A stretch of DNA of 63,994 nucleotides, the filler included, from Porpidia crustulata (Eukaryota), in assembly GCA_964255105.1 (NCBI GenBank). It is 17 parts of 17 records of this genome, joined end to end, with 100 filler letters (N's around TTAATTAATTAA, not from the genome) between each part and the next. Parts side by side here need not be neighbours in the genome. Positions count along the whole stretch, not along the records: positions 37,897 to 41,567 come from CAXUWE010002261.1; positions 41,668 to 45,331 come from CAXUWE010002262.1; positions 45,432 to 49,090 come from CAXUWE010002263.1; positions 49,191 to 52,849 come from CAXUWE010002264.1; 13 more parts are not named here. The stretch is one strand, 5' to 3'. Below the pieces are notes generated by a model. The model worked only from the letters and a program-made list of their open reading frames with translations. It did no database searches and was not told the DNA's origin. The translations under genes were made by a program, and so were the position numbers. The first letter of the stretch is position 1. Each line of letters begins with the position of its first letter. Of this stretch, positions 37,897-49,881 are shown one piece after another.

Positions 37897-40037
37897 ACCC
37901 TACTCCCCCACCGCCTCTCCTCCGACCCCGCCTTCTCCCAAACCTTCCCTTCCCGATCCCTCAAAAACCTCCAATCCTCCACCCTAACTCTCTTCTCGAT
38001 CTCCTTCGCCTGAATCGGATCCTCCATTGCGTGCTGCAAAAACCACAATGTCGCTCGTGACACTTGCTGCTGGCACTTGCGTTTTTTCGTTGTCGTCGTT
38101 TGGTGGTGGTGGTGATGGTGCTGCTGCACCCAGAAGCGATATTTGCCCACTACGATGAGCAGGAGATTGGGAAGGTCTTGCGCGCAGATTCTGCTGGCGA
38201 CGAGGGCTTCGGGGACACCGAAGATTCTATCTAGCGTCGGTAGAGCGGGTGCTATGGGAGATGGTTCGGGCTCGAGGCTCCAGACCCAGGGGCCTTCTTC
38301 ACTGCTCAATGGGGATCTTAATACTAGCACACGTAGGTTCTTCAAGCCCTGGACGTCTGAATCGATGTTGTCGACTCTTAGGACGGCCGGATCGATTTGG
38401 TCGACGCGGAGGTGGAGGACTTCGGATCCCCAGCGCGAGGCTTGGGAGGGGCTGCCGTAGCCGAATATGTGGGTGCTGAGGTTGTGTTGCCAGATGCTTT
38501 GGATGTAGTCGTCGCGTTCAGTCTCGGGGCCTTCGGCGAGGTAGACTTGGAGGAGGTGGGGGAAAGGGGCCCAGGTAGAGCGTTTCCAATCGGCTTGAAG
38601 AGCCGTGCCGTGTTTCCAGGCATCGAGGAGAGTGATGTAGTGGAGATCGCGGAGATTATAGCCTCTTCCGTCGTAGGAATAATCGGATGAGTGATTCTGT
38701 GGAAGACTAGATACGGTGAATTGTTTCAGGTGTCTGGGGCCGACTTTCTTCAGGATATCGAGAGTGACGACGGCGAACTTGATGTCGAGGTACAGATGAC
38801 TTAGATTTGGGAGATCTTGTAGGATACCCCTGCGCAGAAAGCGCCATTCGCGTTCGAATTGTTGTTTAGTTGCTTTCCTCCTCCAGCGGTGTCAGTAAGG
38901 ATGAAGTTGCAAAATAACAGCAACTTACTCGGTATTATCTACAAGCTCTAGCGTTTCCAGTGAGTCGGGGAGCCCTGGGTCCTCCCATTGGCTGACTACT
39001 GCAGGAGGTGGATCAGCCGAATCGGCCGATATGGTTGATCCATCCAAGTCTGCCCGATCGTCTGAGTCACTTGACGTAGCAGAATCTTCCAAATTGGTCA
39101 CCCCAGTTGATGTATCTGGACCATTAAGATGGCTTGTGGCGTTGGGCGTTTCCCACGTAGGAGCATCATTAGTAAGGAAAACCGCTGGCAATGTGTAGAG
39201 AAGCTTTCCTTGGGAGTATAGATTCCTCAGAAAGATAGACAAAGGCGAAGACCTTGAATCACGGAAATTATTATGTTTATCCGACATCTCGGAGACTCTG
39301 AGTCGGCGAAGATGCGCCAGAACTCTGACTGCCACGGCCAAATAGTAGGCCTCACGTGTAGCTAATTGAGATACATCCAGGACTGTAAGCTTAGACAGCC
39401 GAGTCAGCTTCGCAAAACTGATTTGAAGATGACTACGATGGAGGCGTGGTAACACTTCAGGCCCCTCATACGATCCGGGTATGGTATAGTGATGTAGTTT
39501 GCGTAGTCTGATCTTAGTCAAAGTACGATGAGACGTAAAGTGGTCAAGATCTTGTTGACACAATGGTCCAAAATGAATGATTTCCTCCAGACCTGACGTA
39601 TGGCGCATTAGTAGCTCTAAGGTACGATTGACGCCTGGGAGACCTTTCCATTCACCAGGGAGTCTCGTCCGGTAGTATCCAGTCTGTGAATTGACTATGA
39701 GATGCTTTATCAGCGTGGCCGGCTTGACTCCAAACCGTAGGTTTTTGGAGGGCTGACGTATGGCCCCATAGATCTCTCCGTTGGAATCTCTTTCTTTGTG
39801 GCGTTTTGCGGTAAAATAATCAGTATGACCGGCAGCCTCAAAGTCATATAAAAGGTTTTTTCTATGAATTGTAAAGGTCTTCCAGCGATTTCTTAACGCT
39901 ACCAAGTGGAGATAATATGTTCTTCTGCCCTTGGTAGCTTCACACCAATTTCTGAGAGTCTTTGTGTCCTGAGTTTGTTCAATGATGTAAAATATGAGAT
40001 GCTCAGGTAGCTTGGACCATATAAGTGGATCTGCCAT
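37897..40037 (-). CDS. F-box-like/leucine-rich-repeat-like hypothetical protein, 3' partial
   Basis: N-terminal WSKLPEHLIFYII (F-box-like) and LxxLxL repeats (LSKLTVLDV, LRRLRV, LETLEL, LKNLRVLVL). An intron at about 38881-38928 links to an open frame running to the contig end. His6 tract near 38101-38118. Confidence 0.65.
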
Positions 40038-41353
40038 GGTTGGTCTTGGAATGATAAACTCGTAGGATTCTGGGGGGTCATTAATGGGAGTAAATACGTA
40101 GTGTGAAGTTCGGCATGTTGAATAATCCTAAAGTGGAAAGACCTACTATTGTGCTTGATCGAATAGGTAAAGTTTGGTCTATTTTTAACGACGACGACCA
40201 TCATTAATTTCCATGATTGTCAAGGACTAAGGCTCTCTCGCCATTGAAAGAAAGTAGAAGCCTGCCCAAGTCGCGCATGGCCAAGGAGTCCGGCAGTGAA
40301 GTATTCCAACTCGCTGTTCCCTAGGCCATCTTCTTTCACAGTCGATGTGCATAATTAGCCGACTCAAATCTTATGGTACGCGGACTTCTGATGTTATAAT
40401 TCAATCCACCGGCTTTAGTCAGCAGTCAGAAGTTTTCTCCGTCCCCTTTGTTAAGTTCCTACTGTTCGTCGAGGGTGATATGAGAATCTAGTCACATGGA
40501 CAGAGGACCACATCACCAACATTTTTCAGGCCTCAATTGTCGCTGAGCTTCTGGGATGGATTTGGTACAGAGGACCATTTGTTTCGGATGCGGCAAAAAC
40601 ACAATACACATTGTGCCAATTTCATTTCAATCGCATTGTACCTTGGGCTACAGCGTGCTTTTAAATGCTCTTCTTTGGGATCAAGAGGTGTATCATGTAT
40701 TACTATACGTATGCGACTAGACACTGCGAGTGATAGCAGACTCGAGTATCCCCGGCTAATGAATGACTCAGTAAGAGCCAATCGATCAAACTTCGAATGG
40801 AATGTATCTATACCTGACATGATAAATATAAAAGGGACATCAGTCATCTTAATCATGTCTATATTTCGACGTTCTTGGCTGATAGCAGCAAGAAGGAATA
40901 ACGAACATTCCCGAGCTTTCGCTGAAGATTTCCCATTCTTCCTACTCTGGCGCTGCGCGTTATTCCTTTTCTCCTCTTTCAAGATCAGTCTCATCAGTCG
41001 GTTCACCGATGTATGACTCAGGGATGAGAAAGGTGAATCACTAGAGGGAAGACACATGATCGCGCAAGGATCGGTTGAAGACTGTGAAGTGTTGTTGTCA
41101 ATTTCCTGAGACTTTTTTCAAATACTATCATAATGGGTTATTGCCTCAGTCTTTTTCTACAATTATAATCGATATGTTATTAGCTATTTTACTTTTCAAG
41201 ATTCGTGAAAAATTAGCAAACAGCATTTTAAACTTAGTTTTTTTTTTAAAAAAAATGCTGTTTTTACAAGTTGCTTATATATTACGACGTCATAAATTGA
41301 TTAAACGAAGTTATTAACATATAAATTTACATAATATTTCGCGATGAGATTAG

Positions 41354-41567
41354 TGTTAGAACCCGCTTAGAACGGTAAGACATCTACGGGGTAGATGTCA
41401 GAACGTGGCAGGACCCTGATCATAAAAGGATCACGGTCACGTGTCAATGACCCTAGGAAAAGGGTCAAGGGGATCACCAAGCGACCTTGGTGATCCAGGA
41501 TCAGGTTCGCCGGGTTCAACCAGCGAACCAAGTGATTGCACGATTCTCCTATGTCTATATATTGAGA
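41354..41567 (+). mobile_element. Probable start of a retrotransposon LTR, truncated at the contig end
   Basis: Abrupt composition change to TGTTAGAA (TG start typical of LTRs), a hairpin-rich body, and a TATATA box near 41555. The contig breaks here, as expected at a repeat. Confidence 0.55.
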
Positions 41568-42297
41568 NNNNNNNNNNNNNNNNNNNNNNNNNNNNNNNNN
41601 NNNNNNNNNNNTTAATTAATTAANNNNNNNNNNNNNNNNNNNNNNNNNNNNNNNNNNNNNNNNNNNNATAATATGGCTATTGTTGTTGCTTTGACTCGCA
41701 TTATAAATCAGACTGATTATTGGAGACTTCAAGGAACATCGCCACCTGGTGACAGTGGCTGATAGCTCTTTGGCTAGCTATGTCCAACTCCCTTAATAAT
41801 TAATGGGAAAAGGCTGCGCATTGTGCACTCCAGTCCAGCCTCACAAGTTGCAGCCTACACAAAAGAGTAATATCGCTAAGCCTGCCCATAGCCCACGAGC
41901 CTTACCCGAGTCATCCCATCCTTCGACTTGGGACGATCTAGATGCTGGAAAGACGCCCCGTCCCCGAGGCGCCTACACAAGTGCGTCCACTTGGGTAATG
42001 ATTGCGCTTTGGGAGAGGCTGTCGGCCTGCATCGATAGACACTTCTAGTATTAAAGCGCAGCCCGCTATTGCGTGTGTCACCTCCTTGTCTACAGCCTCG
42101 TTTCTACCGCCTTTTCCCCATGTCTGCCTCGTTTGTCGATCATCTCTTCGAATTTGCTGCGTAAGGTACATTGCGCACCATTTCCTCAGCCTGACGGTCG
42201 TCGGCTCGAATGCCTTTATAATTTCTGTGGCTCCGCTCGTCATCCCGACTTTCTTTTACAATCTCTGTGATTTTGATGAGAAACAATACAAACCAAA

Positions 42298-44434
42298 ATG
42301 GACCCCCACTTTAGAGAAGACTCTATCTGGGAGCTGGGCCCGGTGACTTCGCGGACTGAATCACCCTTAAGAGCAGATAGAAGGCATTCATCATCCGCCA
42401 GTACTTCCTCTGCTTCAACCGATGACCCACTGGGCTCGTCGCATTCAAATGGATCGCGTGGCCGAAGAACGCGACCATCGGTCTCCTCAGCCTCGTTAAA
42501 GCTGCCCACAGTTCGCGAACAGAGAGACCAACAGAGAGTCATGTCCATGGAGCAGGAATCGAGCTTAGATGGCCGCCCCCGCCTAGACTCTGACGAGACT
42601 GTCGTAAGCTCGAAAGACGTTTTGAAGAACTTCCAAAAGGTGGCGGCGCGCGATCCCAATCTGGACATAGCAAGACAGAAACAGCTACAACGCTACAATA
42701 CCGAGAACAATTGCCAAAAAGGCGTTTACCAACGTCTGAAGAGATGGGCTGATACGGAGGTGAGAGATGTCAAGGATGTTATACTATCGTTAGCTCTGGA
42801 CAGCTACAAAAGACAGCCTCTTCCGAACTCGAAAGAGCTAGTCAAACTCGCCCAACACTACTATCCGCCGCGGGGCCAATTGAAGGTGCATGTCTGCGAT
42901 TTCGGCGAAGGCCGTGCTGAGCACAAGGAGATTACCCTGGGAGATGTCGAGGAATACTGGCAGCAGAAGCCGGACTGGGCTGATGTTCGTTGGATACATG
43001 CTCCGCTCGGACTTGGGCTCACTCACTCGTCAATTGAAGACATCTTTCTCCACGATGGATCCTCCGGTAGGGAATTCAAGAAGGCAGGCCGAAGCGGTTG
43101 GCCCTACCTCGAGACTGAAGTTCTCAACTTTCGAAGCGAGGATAACTTCCAAGAGATGCGGGATGTCTACGTACTTCTCAGGAACGTCGAAGGGCTTCAA
43201 GAGAGTCTAGGTGACAGTATCTGGAATGGCGATAGAAATTCCAGTCTGCAATCAGACATTCAATGGAGAGCCGACCATCTTGGGACAGAAGTGAATTATT
43301 GGAACATGGTGGATTCCGACATGCCATGGCAGCTGAGTGAGGGTTTATGCATGGGTGCGATGGGACCTATGTCAGGGCTGAAGCCAGTTGTCCGCCATGT
43401 CGACAAGCAAGCAATTTCACAGCATCCTTTCTACAAGAGTTCACAGCTGGTCAGGAATCCCTTTCGATGCTTCCACCGAAACGACGGGTTCTTACTGACG
43501 CTTTCGCCCATGGCTGGTGTAAATTACCTCGACAAGAACTTTTCGAGGCATATTGCAGAGCCCATCGACGCCATGTGGGACAACGACTATGCCTCGGCTG
43601 TGGGCCATGTTTTCCGCGCTTTTGCGGATCAAGGGACGAGCTCCTGGCACAGACGGACCATCGAATGGTTTCTCATTTATCTGATGACGGAAGTAGGCAT
43701 CACCCCTCACAATCTCCGTGCAGGCTGCAGTGCGCCGTCGATCGAGGATGCGTATTCGTCTGTTATCCAAGATCTCAAGCGAAGACGATACGAGCCCTGG
43801 AAAAAAGACGAGACTGTTAAACTCGTCCGGGAATATTTATGTTGCATCGACGAGCTCACTACCATTAGGCTTTCGCTGAAAAAGAAGGTAGAGCTATATA
43901 CCGATTTGAAAGAGGACGTGAGGAGATTCGAGATGGACGATATCTCATCCCAGAAGCAGCCGGACAATGGCAGTGGTGAAAGCGCCGAGGACCGCGTAGC
44001 ATTTGCTTTGACCCTGCTCAAGGAACAATATGACTGTTTTGAAAGGCTTTTGATTGATTGCAAACAGTCAATGGACGCAGTACGTTTGTCATGCTTGGCC
44101 CCTTCCTATGCAATTTTATTAACCTGTCCGTTAGCTCTTCCAACTCCGGTCCATCGAGCAAAACGAACTCGCCATCGTCTCCGACTCCCAAAACAAAGCG
44201 GTCCTCATCTTCACAGGCGTCACCATCGTGTTCCTTCCCCTCTCTTTTTTCACGTCCTACTATGGCATGAACCTTGCCGGCATCGCCACCACCACCAAGG
44301 ACGAGGGATGGTTCTGGAAGGTTTGTGGGACGGCAGCCTTGATCATCGTCCTGGTCGTGGTATTAGGGGCATTCCGACACAGATTAAGAAGTTCGTTCCG
44401 CAAGAAAAGGATGAAGCATACTAATATCGTGTAA
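42298..44434 (+). CDS. CorA-like Mg2+ transporter-domain protein
   Basis: Intron 44080-44134 gives LFQLRSIEQNELAI...IFTGVTIVFLPLSFFTSYYGMN (CorA GMN motif) and a second TM helix. Coiled-coil region upstream. Confidence 0.85.
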
Positions 44435-44601
44435 GCTGGAAGCAGCTTCCTGGTCGCGGCGGCTCATGGACGAAGTTATCTTGGCGGGGCTTGGAGTTGT
44501 TGCAGCATTTTCAGGGGCTATCTCATGGTGCATGGGAGTTGCAAATCCGGGACTGAAGGTGTTGATCAAAGGACGCTCATCATCACAGCACCATAGACGA
44601 T

Positions 44602-44764
44602 TGGGAACGATGTACACGACCGACTTACGAAATTCACATATCTCGATATCTGCTTCGCATTTTCTTGTTCCATTTGCGGCTGGGAACGATGCACACGACC
44701 GACTTACGACACTCACATATATCGACCTTCTACATTTGCTTCGCATTTTCTTGTTCCATTTGCG
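44602..44764. repeat. Imperfect tandem duplication of about 80 bp (2 units)
   Basis: TGGGAACGATG(T/C)ACACGACCGACTTACGA...TGCTTCGCATTTTCTTGTTCCATTTGCG occurs at 44602 and 44681. Confidence 0.85.
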
Positions 44765-47214
44765 AGGAGTCATTTGTGTGCGAGCTAAAGGGAACTTCAG
44801 AAGGCGTTTGATCACATCTTTGTGTAAGGAGTACAATGATAATAGCATGCGGAGATTCTTTTGAGGATATGGCGCCCTTGGATTTGTAAAATGTCTGATA
44901 ATGCCAATCAATGTGCGAACATTTCACACCTAGTAACGCCACCTTGAAACCCCAGCTTTCCACAGCCATCACTGCTTTGAATCAATGTGACCCGCTTCGC
45001 TTTTCCCGCCTTGATGAATTCTCAGCACAACATACTCTATACAAAATAAGTGAAAGCGTTGCATCACACAGCAAGACGAAACTGCGGGGGAAAATCCCCC
45101 GCCTAAGCTATGATACCTCGATCAATCTCCCTTTTGTACCTTAAGACCACACAATCTCATCAACACCTCAACTCATTCAATGATTGCGAGTCCATCGATT
45201 ACTTCTTCAATCGATTTTCTGCGTTTTATCAATCATAATCTTCCTTCTCATTTCATTTCACTTCGTCTCATCGCATCTCATCTCCACCTCATCTCCCATC
45301 CCATCCCATCTCATCTCGCCCCCACCTACACNNNNNNNNNNNNNNNNNNNNNNNNNNNNNNNNNNNNNNNNNNNNTTAATTAATTAANNNNNNNNNNNNN
45401 NNNNNNNNNNNNNNNNNNNNNNNNNNNNNNNGGGGTGGGGTGGGAAAGAGAATGAGGAATAATGCCGCTATTGGCGCGCGCTAAGCGTGGACTTTGCGGG
45501 GTTTTGTTCCGCTTTTTTGCATTTTGAAATTAGTAGGCTATGGAGCCATGCTACGCCAACCAATTCTACCGCGCAGGATGGGCTTACGACGAGCGTGGAG
45601 GTTTCAGATGAGTTGGTGTTTCGATAGAATGAGGATGGCCAGGGTCGCCTGTGTTCATGGAAGACGATATACTCTTTTCAACGCAGTATCTTTGTTGTGT
45701 ATGTGCGCACGTCGATATGGAGTAATATCGAGCGTGAAACCTTAGAGATTGCTATGATTTTGGGTGCAATCTGCTCAATGCCATGGATTTATTTTTTCAC
45801 CTGTGACCCCAAATTGAGGAATTGATATACTCAAACAATCATGTCGAGAGCAACTTTCTGTCTTATTCGGCCACTTGAAGGGCCTGCGCTCTTGATAATA
45901 CGGGTTCCTGCGGGTGATTTTGCATGGTCAGGTCTATAGTTTGGTGCTCCATCACGCAAAAAAGAGCGCAGGCGTGTGGCACAGTTCCACCTGCTGTGAT
46001 TCCCATCTGCCAATGAACATGGCTTCGCATGATACTTGCGGAAATCGGGCATGGACTGGTGCGTGCATGAGGTAGGCATGTCTGGAAACTTGTGGAGGAA
46101 GATTAGCATAGCTTGGGTGACTGCTGACCTGCTCACACGCAATCACATCTCAGTGCATTGCATCCTCCGGTATGTAGTCGTCTTACTAAGTTTCATCACT
46201 CTTCTGCTCGCTCTTTTTCGTCTTGTCTTGCGCGAATGCCATAGAGCAAAGATGGTCATTCCTTCCTTGAAGCCTGTAATAGTGACCTTGGCGGTGATTG
46301 TTCTTTTATACAACAACATATTCCTGGTCAAGGTATTAAAGTGAGAGAAAGACTTATTCAGTATGAAGAGTCACTCTGATAATCTGACTGCTGACTTGGT
46401 CGGGAAATTCATTTGGTAATCCATGGGCAATGATACCTCACCGAGTGGTTTCCGTGTCTAACAAAGACTAAAGCCTCGGGTCACGATTGCGTATAGTAGC
46501 ATGGCTGAGGCTTTTCAAATGCAAGTATGCACACTGGGGTTCGGGGTGGGCCCTGCTTCATTCAACATGTACAATCCTTGATGCCCTGTAATGCAGTGGT
46601 AAAATGGGTGGTACGTGGATGGCCATATTTCTAGAAGCTAGGCTGCATTTTCATACCGTATTAGGATAAAAGAGAGACCTTCGAAACCTGTAGTTGACTT
46701 GGCATTACAGATTATTATACTCGTATTCTTATTCTCCACCTCTCTAACTCCTGCACTCCTGGGGTTCATCTTTGTAGCAGATCTCTCTCAAATACTGTCT
46801 TCGTTCCAGATCCTTACGAGACCTGCAGCAGAAAGTTCTCGAGACTAGGTGCCTTAATGTTTAGGAGAGTGAATCATGAATCGTATATAAAAGGACTTTT
46901 TCTCTTCATTCAAGCTAGATCACTCCAGTGGCAAGAATTGAAGAATCTTGTTGGTTGACCAACTTTTTGCCCTCGCTGCAGTCTACTCAGCAGATTGCGG
47001 TGTGATTCGGCCAGAGAAATGATGGGTATTCCTTCTGTTTGTGGTTCTTCAAGCTCTAGACGATGAAGAAGCGTCGTGGATTTGTTTACCCAAACGGGAA
47101 TAAGGCATCGTTTTCGCGGCGTCGTTCCGCGGCAACGGGGAGTTACTCCGCGTGCAGGTTCTTGACCACCGACCTCAATTGATAGCTGCGTACACTTATT
47201 AAGGTGTATTCGCC

Positions 47215-48933
47215 ATGTACAAATTAGCTCGCAGCAGGCCGTTGGCCGCTGCTGTGAGAGCAGTAAGGGTATTAGCAACTAGAGATCCTCTGACCTTTGC
47301 GTGTTCTGGACTAACCCTTGTTAGCTGGACACGGCCTTAAGAAGCTCTGGTTTGCAGCAGAAGCGCTTTCTGTCAATACACGAATACCTATCTGCGAATC
47401 TTTTAAAAAGCGTGCGCTCTTCAAAGCACTGCCGGAGTCGAAAAGCTTATAATTGACAGTATGGGATCGGAGTCCCGAATGGCGAAGTCGCCCGCTCCGC
47501 CGCGGAAGCGGAAACAATAGCGAAGCAGATTGGTACGACTAAGCCACCGGGGAAATTATAAGTGCAATACTAAGCAGGGTATAGGAGGGGATGATATGGT
47601 CATCAAAGCACAGGTTCTAGCCGGTGGTCGAGGAAAGGGAACCTTCGACAATGGTCTAAAGGGAGGCGTCCGGGTGATATATTCGTAAAATCGCCTTGAG
47701 ATGTTCCATTATCCACAAAACAGATTCTAAATGCTGCAGGCCAACCGAAGCGAAGATGTTCGCCGACCAGATGATTGGCCATAAGCTCATAACCAAACAA
47801 ACCGGGGCTCAAGGTCGCCTCTGCAATGCCGTCTACATTGTCGAGCGCAAATTTGCGCGCCGAGAATTCTACCTTGCCATCCTCATGGACCGCCAGTCCC
47901 AAGCTCCAGTCATTGTTGCATCCTCTCAAGGAGGTATGGACATTGAGACTGTCGCCAAAGAATCCCCAGAAGCTATAATTACCACGAACATCAACATCCA
48001 CAAGGGTGTCACGGATGATATTGCGCGGAATATCGCGACTGAGCTTGGCTTTTCAGAACAGTGCATTGAAGATGCAAAAAACACAATTCAAAAGTTATAT
48101 AAGGTGTTCATGGAGAAGGATGCTACGCAGATCGAGATCAACCCGCTTTCCGAGACAAGCGATCATCAAGTCATGGCCATGGATGCCAAATTGACCTTTG
48201 ACGACAATGCCGAATTCCGGCAAAAGGAGATTTTCTCGTGGAGAGACACAACGCAAGAAGATGCCGACGAAGTCAAAGCCGCCGAGTACTTCTCGCCCTA
48301 CTCTATTTATCCCACCTTTACTAATCGTCCTCTCAAATCACAGACACGGCCTTAATTTCATTAAACTCGACGGTGATATCGGCTGCCTCGTTAACGGCGC
48401 CGGCCTTGCAATGGCAACCATGGACATCATCAAACTAAACGGCGGCCAACCCGCCAACTTCCTCGACGTCGGCGGTGGCGCCACGCCGCAAGCCATCAAG
48501 CAAGCCTTTGACCTCATCACTTCGGACCCCAAAGTCACCGCCATCTTCGTCAACATTTTCGGTGGCATCGTCCGGTGCGACGCCATTGCGCAGGGGCTCA
48601 TAAGCGTGGTCGAGAGCATGAACTTGCGGACGCCTATTGTTGCGAGGTTGCAGGGGACGAATATGGAGATGGCGCATAAGCTGGTGAGTTCGTTTATATT
48701 TGTTTGTCGGGCGAGGATTGACTGATACGGTGCGGCGATCTAGATCAACGACTCCGGCCTCAAAATATTCTCCGTGGAGGATCTACAGAGCGCGGCGGAG
48801 AAGAGCGTGCAGTTTTCCAAGGTCGTCAAGATGGGTATGCTTCCCTACCGATAATCTTGCATAAATGGCTAGCTAACATAAAATCTCAGCGCGGACCTTA
48901 GACGTCGGCGTGTCATTTGATTTGGGGCTGTAG
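47215..48933 (+). CDS. LSC2: Succinyl-CoA ligase beta subunit, mitochondrial
   Basis: Presequence [67 protein letters not shown] and [11 protein letters not shown]. About seven short GT-AG introns; TAG at 48931-48933. Confidence 0.96.
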
Positions 48934-49190
48934 TATTTGTTTTGTTTTGGCTTGATTTTATGTGCCAGCTGGCCCTTGTCCGGAGCTTTTCGTATCGGGT
49001 AGCTAGCTAGCTAGGATGAAGACTGATTTGATATGAACTTTTAAGTTCCTTCTCCTTGTAACCTTCCGTCTCTTCACACCCTCCCTTCACNNNNNNNNNN
49101 NNNNNNNNNNNNNNNNNNNNNNNNNNNNNNNNNNTTAATTAATTAANNNNNNNNNNNNNNNNNNNNNNNNNNNNNNNNNNNNNNNNNNNN

Positions 49191-49284
49191 ACCCCAATAA
49201 TCCCCCCCTACCGTTTGGGGGGGCGGACCGTTTGGGGGTGCGGACCGTTTGGGGGTGCGGACCGTTTGGGGTTGGGAACGAGTA
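49191..49284 (-). mobile_element. 17-bp tandem repeat (about 4 units), probably the terminal inverted repeat of a pogo/Fot1-like DNA transposon
   Basis: ACCGTTTGGGGGTGCGG units at 49210-49270. On the minus strand: TA, then CTCGTTCCC..AACGGTCCGC repeats, running off the contig edge. Confidence 0.55.
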
Positions 49285-49881
49285 CCGAGCAGGAAGTCTT
49301 TGACTGTTTGATGAACAAAGTAGACTTATCGATTGAATAATTGAGACCACAAGACCAGAGCGGCTTGGCAGGGTCTCTTGTAGCAGCCCAGAAGGTTCCT
49401 CCCTCCATTATCATCTAGTAACGTTGCATCGCAAGAGGTTGAGAAATATCCTCTGGAAATGGACGATGTTGTAGAGCTGCATTTTGTAATCAAGATGCAG
49501 ATCTATCGACTTTCTTCCAGAGGTCGGTTTGCTTAGACATTCCATTGGCGGCTGTCAACTCATCGGACCTCACGAGGAGCCCCGTAGGCTGCGAGATGTC
49601 ATCCATCCTTGATCCTTGGGTGAGTGCTGCCCCACTGTCTCATCCTGCATTTGTTCCGGGTGGAATACATCGTTCTTGAGATGTAATGCTACCTGAAACA
49701 AATTATTTTCCGGTGCTGTTATGCTGTCATAGATTGCTACACTTTACACGAAATACGAAGCTTTTCGATGGCTTTATCTTCTTTTAGAAGAGCTCACTCA
49801 AGAAGGATATTGTGTGGACCAGGAAATTATTGATATCATCACTAATACTTGTTATACTGACTTGACGCTTAATCTGCCACG

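Noticed and set aside
40533..41057. Overlapping 174-aa and 159-aa ORFs as a transposase or recombinase
   Set aside because: No DDE, RT or tyrosine-recombinase motif recognised in any frame.
49210..49270. CRISPR or telomeric array
   Set aside because: No spacers, eukaryotic context, and the unit is not TTAGGG-like.
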